DNA of 64,000 nucleotides from Patescibacteria group bacterium (GTDB lineage: Bacteria; Patescibacteriota; WWE3; UBA101185; UBA10185): contig JBMORU010000001.1 in NCBI GenBank assembly GCA_049322215.1, forward strand, positions 900,023 through 964,022, read 5' to 3'. A model generated the notes under the pieces. It searched no databases, was not told the DNA's origin, and saw only the letters and a program-made list of their open reading frames with translations. This document shows positions 28,750 through 37,672 of this stretch, one piece after another. Numbering within the stretch: the stretch's first letter is position 1; each line of letters begins with the position of its first letter. The position numbers were made by a program, and so were the translations under genes.

Positions 28750-30058
28750 CTATACAAAATAATAAAGTATATCGCACCGATTCGTTAATAGCCGTGGCAT
28801 CTGCATATGTAGCACGAACTCTAACTTCATAGGCTTGCCCAACAGCGTAAGTACTAGAAGTAACCCACGGTAATCCTGCTAACATGTACCAACCATCGTC
28901 AGGGTTTAAACCACTATCGGGGTAAATACCCAATTGTTCAGGCAGTGGTGGGCCAACGGTACGTGCTACTTCAACAATAAAACTCTCATGTTCTTGTGCT
29001 TGGCCACATAATGGCCCACTAGGACAATCTTCTGGGTGGCCTTCTCCAGCATAACCATACATATAAATTTTAGAAGGTTTGTCTAGGTTAATTAAGTATG
29101 TATCCATTGTTGCACCACTGCTACTCCAAGTAACTACGGAGTCATTCATATAAGCTATATCATGCTGACCAGCAGGACATGCAAGACTTGGGGGTGTTAT
29201 TATTCCGCAGCTTGAACAATCTGCTGAACAAGTGTTGCACCATTCATTGGCAGAACAAATCCCATCACCACAAGAGGGCGCACATACACCACAGTCCGAA
29301 GAACAACTAGAACAGGACTCACCAACATTACAGATACCATCGCCACATGTGGGACCACAAGCACCACAATCAAGTGAGCATGAGGCACAAGTTTCACCAT
29401 CGCTGCAAATACCGTTTCCACAAGTTGGTGGACAGGCACCACAGTCTATTGAACAACTACTACAAGTTTCACCCCCATTACAGCTTCCATCACCACAAGA
29501 TGCTGCACACGCACCACAATCGGTTGCACAAGTTGAACAGCTCTCACCACCGTTACAGCTTCCATCACCGCAGGTAGGTGGTGGGGGAGGGGGAGGACCT
29601 GATGTAGCACCTGTACATGAGTTAACAATAGATGAGCAATCAACTTCATTTTCAAAAATTGAATTGTCTATAGAACAATAACTCAAGCAGCCGGTATCAA
29701 ACCGGGTTGCATCTAATACATAACCTTCTTGGGGAGAGTCTATATATGTGTAGGTATAAGTAGCACCTTCTGGAGTTTCATCGGGCCAATTTAAAATGTA
29801 AGTGCCCACACCAGATTCATCCATTATGCTGTTATTACTATTTGCATCTTGTGGATAATATCCTTCGGAGATTTTAAAATTTCCAATTCCATCAACAAGT
29901 TTTTCTAAATTTACTCTAACAACAGAATTTTTTGCAGTATTAATGTTTCTTTCGCGATTAATTGTAACTATTGCTACACCAGTAACCACACCCAAAAGGG
30001 CAATAACGATAAGGAGTTCAATAAGTGTAAAACCAAAATTTCTGTACACTTTTCTCAT
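28742..30058 (-). CDS. Type IV pilin-like protein with 5 tandem Cys-rich 24-aa modules (paralog)
   Basis: The start is reassigned to MRKVYRNFG|FTLIELLIVIALLGVV. A poly-Pro (P7) tract precedes 5x CGDGxCxxxExCxxCxxDCGxC. Its N- and C-terminal domains are about 55-60% identical to those of 27661..28749. It overlaps the downstream pilin gene by 8 nt. Confidence 0.65.
   Translation of the reverse strand: MRKVYRNFGFTLIELLIVIALLGVVTGVAIVTINRERNINTAKNSVVRVNLEKLVDGIGNFKISEGYYPQDANSNNSIMDESGVGTYILNWPDETPEGATYTYTYIDSPQEGYVLDATRFDTGCLSYCSIDNSIFENEVDCSSIVNSCTGATSGPPPPPPPTCGDGSCNGGESCSTCATDCGACAASCGDGSCNGGETCSSCSIDCGACPPTCGNGICSDGETCASCSLDCGACGPTCGDGICNVGESCSSCSSDCGVCAPSCGDGICSANEWCNTCSADCSSCGIITPPSLACPAGQHDIAYMNDSVVTWSSSGATMDTYLINLDKPSKIYMYGYAGEGHPEDCPSGPLCGQAQEHESFIVEVARTVGPPLPEQLGIYPDSGLNPDDGWYMLAGLPWVTSSTYAVGQAYEVRVRATYADATAINESVRYTLLFCIDD
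29213..29572 (-). repeat. Five in-frame 72-bp tandem repeats encoding the Cys-rich modules
   Basis: The periodic TGC/TGT pattern is visible on the DNA. It generates long shadow ORFs in several frames (track ORFs 29200..29681). A G-rich tract GGTGGGGGAGGGGGAGG lies just 5' in the coding sense. Confidence 0.7.
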
Positions 30059-30126
30059 ATATATATAGGATACATAAAGAAAAGCGCTAGGAAAAGCATT
30101 ATTTTTACAGCATAATATATACAGTA

Positions 30127-31344
30127 ATGGATAAGTACTATTCAAAGATATCTCGAATACTTTTAATTATTATTATACTTGGATTAGCTTATACTCTTGG
30201 AAAATGGGCGATTCAAATAAAAACAAATTCAAACACTATAAGAAAACAAGACAAAATTAAAGCACCTGTATCAGTAAAAAATGAACAACCAGAAAAAAAA
30301 CCTTCCTTTAATGACACAATTGAAGTTTACAGAAAACAAAAAGAACAAGAAATAGCTCTTGTTGAATCTAGTGTTTACAGTTTGCCAAACATAATAAGGT
30401 GGAATGACTATTTAATTTACGAAAATAAAGACAAAAACGTAATACTTGAAAATACAAATAATTTCGAAGAAAAAGTACTAATAGCAAAGGACTTTCTTGA
30501 AAATATAGATACAAATGGTAAGGGTATAAATCTTGCAGTATCGGCATATATTAGTGATTTTAAAATTATAGATGATGTACTGTACGTTTCTTATGGAGGA
30601 TATCTTATTGAAGGTGCCATATTTTGGATAGATTTATATAATATAAAAGAGCCACAAATCCTTAGAAGAGGTCCCAACCCACACATAGTGAAATTTGGTA
30701 AAGACTATTGGGTTAGAGAAGGTGAAGGTGACGCGTGTTGGGGATTTGCGCGATTTACACCCGTGAATTTAAATGAAAAAAGTTTAGGTTCAACACTAGA
30801 AGTTACCAGTGGTTGCACAGAAGGGGAATACTTACTGGGCTGGGATACAAAAACAGAGGCATTTATAACCACAAACTACACACGAGAAGATCCTTACTTT
30901 GGGTCAACTACGTATTTAGCATTAAACAAACTTGAATCTGATGGCACAAGAACAACCTTAATAAACATAGACTCCAACTTAGGGGCAAAAATAAAAGACG
31001 TTATTTTATCAAAAACTGAGAGTAAGGTTTACTTGTCCGATGCACAGTCATTGTATATGTACAACATTCCAACTAGTCAATTAAGTAAAATAGGTGATTA
31101 CGAAGACAAAGCTAAAGAACTGCAATTTATAAAAGTGTTAGAAGAAGGCGGTATATGTGTAAGAACAAATGATACAGCTCCTAATAAGCTTATAGATCAC
31201 ACAACGGCAAAATTTATACCGGATACAACTAAAAGATGCAACGACGGTGAAAATCTTTACGGCAAAGACAGATACGTTAAAGAAAATGTAGACTTTCTGC
31301 AAATATTAAGTGATTTGGAAAATTATAATTACAGAATAAAATAA
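30127..31344 (+). CDS. Membrane-anchored extracytoplasmic hypothetical protein
   Basis: 405 aa with an N-terminal TM. It is divergent from the pilin pair. Confidence 0.4.
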   Translation: MDKYYSKISRILLIIIILGLAYTLGKWAIQIKTNSNTIRKQDKIKAPVSVKNEQPEKKPSFNDTIEVYRKQKEQEIALVESSVYSLPNIIRWNDYLIYENKDKNVILENTNNFEEKVLIAKDFLENIDTNGKGINLAVSAYISDFKIIDDVLYVSYGGYLIEGAIFWIDLYNIKEPQILRRGPNPHIVKFGKDYWVREGEGDACWGFARFTPVNLNEKSLGSTLEVTSGCTEGEYLLGWDTKTEAFITTNYTREDPYFGSTTYLALNKLESDGTRTTLINIDSNLGAKIKDVILSKTESKVYLSDAQSLYMYNIPTSQLSKIGDYEDKAKELQFIKVLEEGGICVRTNDTAPNKLIDHTTAKFIPDTTKRCNDGENLYGKDRYVKENVDFLQILSDLENYNYRIK

Positions 31345-31350
31345 TCATTT

Positions 31351-31782
31351 ATGAACATCAAATTTAAACGTTTTGACAAAAGCTTAAATATACCCGAGCA
31401 AAAAACTAACGGTGCGGCATGTTTAGATTTAACGGCACGTGTAAACACAACGATTCCTGCAAACTCATTTGGCTACATACCCTTAAACATTGCAATTGAA
31501 ATTCCTGAGGGATACTGGGGACTTTTGGCAGCAAGAAGCTCTACCCACAAATTAGGTTTACTTTGCGGGAACGGCATAGGAATAATTGATTCAGACTTTC
31601 GAGGCAATAATGACGAACTTAACTTTATTGTTTATAACGTAACCAACAAAGAGGTGATTGTAGAAAAGGGGACAAGAATTGCACAAATAAGCTTAGTAAA
31701 AAATGTTGAACTAAATCTAACAGAGGTAGATTACTTAAGTAATAAAGATCGCGGTGGTATTGGTTCTACGGGGCATAAGTGA
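31351..31782 (+). CDS. dut: dUTP diphosphatase (dUTPase)
   Basis: Conserved dUTPase motifs are present: AACLDL, LLAARSS and GIIDSDFRGN. Confidence 0.75.
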   Translation: MNIKFKRFDKSLNIPEQKTNGAACLDLTARVNTTIPANSFGYIPLNIAIEIPEGYWGLLAARSSTHKLGLLCGNGIGIIDSDFRGNNDELNFIVYNVTNKEVIVEKGTRIAQISLVKNVELNLTEVDYLSNKDRGGIGSTGHK

Positions 31783-32285
31783 AATTTTTTCAAAATCTAT
31801 CACAAAAGAGTAACTCAAAATTTATTTTATATCTAACTTTAATAGCATTTTTAGGAAAGCTTCCGGTTTTAATAGTATCTGACACTTTATTTCATTTGGT
31901 AGGATTAGGCGCCCTCGTAGAGCTGTTAGAGTATGCGCAAGTACCTGAAATTACATCTACAGATTTTGTTCTAGGAGTTTTAGTAGCACCATTTATAGAA
32001 ACAATAATAGGGCAATGGATACCTATAAACTTAATTGGAATATTCTTTAAGCAGGATAAATTAAAAATTATAGGGTCTGCTTTAGTATTTATGCTCATAC
32101 ATTTTCCTGCAGTAACTTTTTTTCCGGCTGCTTTTTTTGTAGGGCTGCTTTTTTCATGGGCATGGTTACAAAAAAGAAAGGTATCTTTGAGTAAAGCCTT
32201 TTGGACAGTAACATTTATACATGCACTACATAACTTATTAGCTTTTGGTGTTACTTTCGTCGCAGACTCCTACAACATATTTTAA
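31779..32285 (+). CDS. Small polytopic membrane protein, possibly CPBP/CAAX-protease-like
   Basis: Weak motif resemblance at FIETIIGQW and FIHALHNL. It overlaps dut by 4 nt. Confidence 0.3.
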   Translation: MKFFQNLSQKSNSKFILYLTLIAFLGKLPVLIVSDTLFHLVGLGALVELLEYAQVPEITSTDFVLGVLVAPFIETIIGQWIPINLIGIFFKQDKLKIIGSALVFMLIHFPAVTFFPAAFFVGLLFSWAWLQKRKVSLSKAFWTVTFIHALHNLLAFGVTFVADSYNIF

Positions 32286-33463
32286 GGGTGCCAAATGTGA
32301 AAACCTTCATTCCATTGCGCTAAATACCAATAGTAAAATCCCCAAAAAGTTAGCAACACCATATAAAACATTACTTGCTTATGTTTTGCATATTTTTGAA
32401 AAAGCTGAGCTTCGAAGAAAACATGATATAAACCTAAAAGCAATATAGGTATAAACCATAACATATAAGTTCTATTTAAAACCGGTGTAAATACATAAAA
32501 ACTAGCAAATGATAGTAAGCTTAAAAAATACTTATTTCTGCTTAATTTAGTTGCGTAGAAAAGTAAAATTAAAAGCCAACCAAAAAATGTAGACAAATAG
32601 GTATAAGTTTCAAAAGAAATGATTCTAAATAACTCCACTTTGTAATAGTAGCTTATGTAATATAAAAGAGGCCGACCTTGAACAAAGCGATGCCCATGAA
32701 CTAACAACGACCCCTGAATGTAGGTCCAAAAATTATCAAAGCTAGTCATAAACGGAATACTCATTACCAAAGCAATTATGAACCCAGCAGTAAGAAACTT
32801 AACTTTACTTTTGGATTTAAGCAAAAAAAGTGGAAACAGCAACACAGGAAAACTTTTGAATGCAATGGCTAAAGCATAACTAGCTCCTGAAATAACATCA
32901 TCCTTTTTTAAGTAAAATAAAGCAAGCATCATAAAAAACATGGGTATAGGATCACTTGTTATATAATCGCGTTTTAAGTAAATAAATGGATTTATGTACC
33001 AAAAAAGCAAAGAAAATATAAGGGCTAAATAGTTTTTTTTGTACAGCTCCTTAACCAATAAAATACCAATGCCCAAATCAGCTAATAAAACAGGGATTTT
33101 CCAAAAGTAATTTAAGGGCACACAACCATTTACTCCCAAATGCAGCGTTTGATCACAAGGGAAAGCTGCCTTGTTTACATATAAAAAAAGTGACATTAAA
33201 AAGCTGTTTAAATAAAGTAATCCTGGTAAATAAGCAAAACCTTTGTTTCCAGGATCAGAATCTAAATTATTAAAAGATGCAACAGTATTTTTGTATGGAT
33301 TTTCACCCTCAATAAAGTCAGTCACAGCATTTATATAAGTATTACTGTCACCACCTATTTGATAAAAAAGTTGAACTCTTTGTATGCTGGCGATAATAAG
33401 TATTAATAACACTATAATAATCTTTGGATTCTTTATTGCTGAGAATAAGTTATTTTTCGTCAC
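32282..33463 (-). CDS. Polytopic membrane protein, DUF2029/GT87-like putative glycosyltransferase
   Basis: 393 aa with more than 10 TM helices. The N-terminal loop reads GGDSNTYINAVTDFIEGENPYK, resembling the DUF2029 family. Confidence 0.35.
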   Translation of the reverse strand: MTKNNLFSAIKNPKIIIVLLILIIASIQRVQLFYQIGGDSNTYINAVTDFIEGENPYKNTVASFNNLDSDPGNKGFAYLPGLLYLNSFLMSLFLYVNKAAFPCDQTLHLGVNGCVPLNYFWKIPVLLADLGIGILLVKELYKKNYLALIFSLLFWYINPFIYLKRDYITSDPIPMFFMMLALFYLKKDDVISGASYALAIAFKSFPVLLFPLFLLKSKSKVKFLTAGFIIALVMSIPFMTSFDNFWTYIQGSLLVHGHRFVQGRPLLYYISYYYKVELFRIISFETYTYLSTFFGWLLILLFYATKLSRNKYFLSLLSFASFYVFTPVLNRTYMLWFIPILLLGLYHVFFEAQLFQKYAKHKQVMFYMVLLTFWGFYYWYLAQWNEGFHIWHP

Positions 33464-33505
33464 AAGTAGATTATAAACAAAATATCTTTTTGGTAGAATG
33501 TTTAC

Positions 33506-33769
33506 ATGAAAAAGAATAATTACTGGTTTAAAGCAAAAGATTACGGCTACGGATGGACTCCAAAAACCTGGGAAGGTTGGGTGGTGACTATTGCCGGAAT
33601 TGCAGCTATTTTAATATCTGTTACGGCACTTGAAGCACAACCTGAATGGGCCTTAGCAACAGTTTTAATAGAAGTTTTCATGCTTATTATTGTTTGTATA
33701 GTAAAAGGTGAAAAACCTGAGTGGCGTTGGGGTGGTAAAAAAATAAAATGGCCAAAAATAAAAAAATAG
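33506..33769 (+). CDS. Small membrane protein
   Basis: 87 aa with two TM helices and a basic C-terminus. Confidence 0.3.
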   Translation: MKKNNYWFKAKDYGYGWTPKTWEGWVVTIAGIAAILISVTALEAQPEWALATVLIEVFMLIIVCIVKGEKPEWRWGGKKIKWPKIKK

Positions 33770-33770
33770 T

Positions 33771-34856
33771 CTAAAGCCAACCCCCATAGGCTGCCAAAAC
33801 ATATATACAATATAAAAATATAAGTACTAAACCAAACCTTCTACCAATTTTAAACTTTTGCACGGCCAATAACGATAAAACACTAATTAAAGTTGCAAAT
33901 AAAAGTAAAATTGAGCTCTTTATATTTTCACCGCCTATATCGGTAATTGTGCCATTAAAGGCTGTGTATATTAAAATGGGTAATCCTAGACTCATAAGAA
34001 TATCAAAAACGTTACTTCCAATAGCATTGCTTATAGCCATGTCACCACGACCTTGCTTTGCAACAATAGCGGAAGATATAAGTTCAGGCACAGAAGTACC
34101 TCCGGCAAGTATTGTTAAGGCAATAATGGCGGGAGGAACACCCATGTACAAAGCTATACTTTCTGCCGAAACTACAGAAAAATAACTCGCACCTGCAATA
34201 AGCACTAATGAAAGAATAAATACAAAAAAGGTATATTTTTTCTTTTTTTCACAATCAGGAATTAAGCTTAAAACAAAGTCTATTGGATATGTTAGTACAG
34301 AAAAATAGCGAAAAATAAATTTATAACGATTCTCTGGTGGTGCTACCTTTTGGGTGGCAAGTTTTATGGGATCTGGTTCTGATTCTTCAGGAACATACCT
34401 AGACCACAAAAATAAAACAAGCAAGTAAATTAAATAAGTTCCAACAAGGATTGAAGCTTCTATAAAAGTTAGCTGATTATCTTGAACAAAAGTAATTAAC
34501 AGAATAATTGTAATTGAGTAAAAAGCACCATCACGTATAACAGGTTTCCAGTTTAAATAAGTAGTTTTAACTAAAGATGCAAAACCAATTACAACAAGTA
34601 TTTGAAAAATTGCGGATCCTACAACAGTACCTAAACCAGTCGCAGGATTAGAATTAGGTAAAAACAAAGCAAATAAAGAAGTACTAATTTCAGGAGCGCT
34701 TGTTCCTAATGCTAAAAGCGTGGCGCCCGCAACACTGGGAGTTAACTTTAGCAAGGCAGCTATGTTATCAAGGCTTTTAATAAAATGGTTATCAACCACT
34801 TTAGCCATAACATAAAAACTTAATAAAATTGTTAACAAATTTAGTAGCAGCTGCAT
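33771..34856 (-). CDS. Ca2+/Na+ antiporter (CaCA family, YrbG-like)
   Basis: Two alpha-repeat signatures are present: GTSAPEISTS and GGTSVPELISS...AISNAIGSNVFDI. Confidence 0.8.
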   Translation of the reverse strand: MQLLLNLLTILLSFYVMAKVVDNHFIKSLDNIAALLKLTPSVAGATLLALGTSAPEISTSLFALFLPNSNPATGLGTVVGSAIFQILVVIGFASLVKTTYLNWKPVIRDGAFYSITIILLITFVQDNQLTFIEASILVGTYLIYLLVLFLWSRYVPEESEPDPIKLATQKVAPPENRYKFIFRYFSVLTYPIDFVLSLIPDCEKKKKYTFFVFILSLVLIAGASYFSVVSAESIALYMGVPPAIIALTILAGGTSVPELISSAIVAKQGRGDMAISNAIGSNVFDILMSLGLPILIYTAFNGTITDIGGENIKSSILLLFATLISVLSLLAVQKFKIGRRFGLVLIFLYCIYVLAAYGGWL

Positions 34857-34919
34857 ACGAACCCTATTGTAACAAATACAAAACTTTACGCATAAAATTT
34901 ACATGGTATATTTTTAAAG

Positions 34920-35225
34920 ATGGATGAAATTGAATTAAAAAACAGAATTTTACAAAAGTTTCCGGGTAAATACAGCACAAGAGGCATAGATCACGCGGTA
35001 GCTAAAATTCAGGAAATGGACGATGATTTTAGAAATTTACTTGAGACTTTTTTAAGAACAGGGCAAGTGCAAGAAATTACAATGGGAGATTACACAATAA
35101 ATAAACTGCGAATTCAGTACGGCATGAATGAAATAGCTGCATATTTGACTATGGACTGGATAAAAAAACATCCCGAAGAGGCTGTCGTTTCTATTGATGA
35201 TGGCATTACTTATAGTGCCGTTTAA
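34920..35225 (+). CDS. Hypothetical protein
   Basis: ORF of 101 aa. Confidence 0.3.
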   Translation: MDEIELKNRILQKFPGKYSTRGIDHAVAKIQEMDDDFRNLLETFLRTGQVQEITMGDYTINKLRIQYGMNEIAAYLTMDWIKKHPEEAVVSIDDGITYSAV

Positions 35226-35274
35226 CTCTGTTTGTGACACTATTTAAACAATCACGATTTATAAAGCACATAGT

Positions 35275-37056
35275 ATGTGCGGTGTATTTGCATTTACATC
35301 TTCAAATAAACAGAATCCAACCTTAGTGCTAGAAGGTCTTAAGCGACTTGAATACAGAGGATACGATTCATGGGGTATAGCAGTTTTAAGTGATAATACC
35401 CTTGAAATGAAAAAAAACACGGGGCCTCTAAACTTACAAACAGTATCACACCAAATAAAAAACCTACCTGAATCTAATCTGGGTCTTGGACACATACGCT
35501 GGGCAACTCACGGTAAAGTAAATGTAACTAATGCACACCCACATACATCTTTAAATAATGACATGGCTCTTGTGCACAATGGAATAGTAGAGAACTATGA
35601 AGAATTAAAAAAAGTTGTAAAAAAACAGAATCTTTCAATAAAAACTGAAACTGACTCCGAAATAATAATGCGCTTAATCGAAATTGAACTGAAAAAAACT
35701 AACACTTTAGCAAAAGCTTTAGCAAATGCTTTTAAACACTTAAAAGGTAGAAACACAATAATATTAATTACTAACAAAGGAGAACTGGTTGGTATAAAAA
35801 ATGGATCTCCTTTGGTTATAGGAATAAACGATGATGGATACTATTTTGGTTCAGACACACTATCTTTCGGACAAAAAACAAAAAAAGCTTTAATACTCGA
35901 TAATTTTGAAATGGCTTACTTTAACAACAAGAATCTTGAAATATATAATATAAATAGTCTGGTAAATGTAAAAAAATCACCCATATTACTAAATCAAACA
36001 TATAACTACTCAGAAAAGAGTGGCTACAAACATTACATGCTAAAAGAAATTTACGAGCAAAGCAAAGCTATTGTAGAAGCAACTTCATATTCTAAAAAAG
36101 AATTAACCTCTTTTACAGAGCAAATTAAAGAGAGTGAAAACATATATACAATAGGCGCAGGAACAGCAAGCTATGCTGCAGGGCAAATTGCATTTTACCT
36201 TAGAGAATACGCAGGAATAAAAGCTATTGAACTTAAAGCTTACGAAATAGAAAGCTACAAAAAAATATTTACCAAAAAAGATTTAGTAATAGCTGCGAGT
36301 CAAAGTGGTGAAAGCGCGGACACCATAGAAGCATTAGAAATAGCCAAAAACAATAAGGCAAAAATTGCGAGCATAGTTAATATGCAAGGCTCAACTATAT
36401 CTAGAATGTCAGACTTTCCTTTTTACTTAAAAGCAGGTCCTGAAATTTGCGTATTATCTACCAAATCTTACACCTCAAAATTAAGCTGGGGATATATTGT
36501 TGCAAAACATATTTCAAAACAGTATGAACAAGCTCAAAAAAATATAGTAGAAGTAGCAGAAAGTATTGAAAAATACTTAAGTGATAAAAACAACCTTACC
36601 CAAATAAAAAATCTAGCCAAAAAACTTATAAAGGTAGAGCACGCCTTTGTTTTAGGTAGAGGACAAAACTTTTATACAGCGTTGGAAACTGCATTAAAAG
36701 TTAAAGAAGTCTCATATAAACATTTTGAGGCATTTTCAGCCGGAGAGCTTAAGCATGGAGTAATTGCACTAGTAGAAAATAACACACCTGTGATTTGCCA
36801 TGTTTCAGAGGATGATGAAAAAGCAAATATGCTCAGCGCTGCACAAGAAGTAAAGGCTAGAGGGGCAGTTACCATTCAAGTAGGTAATATTAAAAGTGAT
36901 ATCTTTGACTATAGCCTTAGTGTGCCTGAATCAAGGGAACTTGCTGGAATTGCTAATATAATTCCTATTCAATTACTTAGCTACTATATGGCAGCACTAC
37001 AAAATCTTGATCCAGATAAACCAAGAAATTTGGCAAAAAGCGTAACAGTAAAGTAA
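35275..37056 (+). CDS. glmS: Glutamine--fructose-6-phosphate aminotransferase (isomerizing)
   Basis: The N-terminal MCGVFAF is an Ntn Cys1 amidotransferase start. Two SIS domains follow. Total length is 593 aa. Confidence 0.85.
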   Translation: MCGVFAFTSSNKQNPTLVLEGLKRLEYRGYDSWGIAVLSDNTLEMKKNTGPLNLQTVSHQIKNLPESNLGLGHIRWATHGKVNVTNAHPHTSLNNDMALVHNGIVENYEELKKVVKKQNLSIKTETDSEIIMRLIEIELKKTNTLAKALANAFKHLKGRNTIILITNKGELVGIKNGSPLVIGINDDGYYFGSDTLSFGQKTKKALILDNFEMAYFNNKNLEIYNINSLVNVKKSPILLNQTYNYSEKSGYKHYMLKEIYEQSKAIVEATSYSKKELTSFTEQIKESENIYTIGAGTASYAAGQIAFYLREYAGIKAIELKAYEIESYKKIFTKKDLVIAASQSGESADTIEALEIAKNNKAKIASIVNMQGSTISRMSDFPFYLKAGPEICVLSTKSYTSKLSWGYIVAKHISKQYEQAQKNIVEVAESIEKYLSDKNNLTQIKNLAKKLIKVEHAFVLGRGQNFYTALETALKVKEVSYKHFEAFSAGELKHGVIALVENNTPVICHVSEDDEKANMLSAAQEVKARGAVTIQVGNIKSDIFDYSLSVPESRELAGIANIIPIQLLSYYMAALQNLDPDKPRNLAKSVTVK

Positions 37057-37066
37057 TATACAGTTT

Positions 37067-37672
37067 ATGCACTACCCTGTAGATGAAACAATTAAAGTCA
37101 TTCAAGAATACGGATTAACTGAATATGCTAAGCAGCATAAAGAATTTTATAAAGCATTTGGAGGTATACATTCAGGTGTCGACTTTGATACACCTGTAGA
37201 TTCAAATGTATTTAGCGCACTTGAGGGAATAGTCACAAGGCGGGAATGGCATAAAGGTATGGGTTTTATATTGGGAGTAAGAACAGGAAATATTTTAGTT
37301 TTGTATGCACATTTAAATAAATTTTTAGTAGATTTAGGTGAAACTGTAACACCAGGACAAAAAATGGCATTGTCAGGAGATTCAGGATGTGCCTGTACAA
37401 AACCCCATGTACATGTAGAGTTTAGAGACTTAATACAACCAACACTCAAATCTAAAATTTTTAAGCCAGATTTTACTTTAGAATTACCTAAACAACACAC
37501 TAATGTATTTGAGTACTTAATTAAAGATGAAAAGACTATTCAAGACATTTCTGTAAAATTTTTTGGTAATTTAAATCATGTAGAAAAGCTTGTTCAAAAA
37601 AACAAAATCTTGCAAAGCTTTAAGCCAAATGAAGAATTACCAATAGGCACTATTATTAAAATTTATGCATAA
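37067..37672 (+). CDS. M23 family metallopeptidase
   Basis: HSGVDFD fits the HxxxD motif. A second His motif, KPHVHVEF, is also present. A LysM-like C-terminus is possible. Confidence 0.6.
   Translation: MHYPVDETIKVIQEYGLTEYAKQHKEFYKAFGGIHSGVDFDTPVDSNVFSALEGIVTRREWHKGMGFILGVRTGNILVLYAHLNKFLVDLGETVTPGQKMALSGDSGCACTKPHVHVEFRDLIQPTLKSKIFKPDFTLELPKQHTNVFEYLIKDEKTIQDISVKFFGNLNHVEKLVQKNKILQSFKPNEELPIGTIIKIYA

Noticed and set aside
28095-29681. Several His/Val/Gln-rich ORFs on both strands (28095..28286, 29200..29442, 29232..29681, 29347..29577, 29446..29655), plus a possible CRISPR-like periodicity
   Set aside because: They are generated by the in-frame 72-bp coding repeats of the pilin genes. 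There are no unique spacers and no cas genes, and the periodicity is protein-coding.
30059-30145. N-terminal 29-aa extension of the 5-repeat pilin
   Set aside because: Prepilin leaders are short. The Met at 30058 gives the typical MRKVYRNFG|FTLIE leader.
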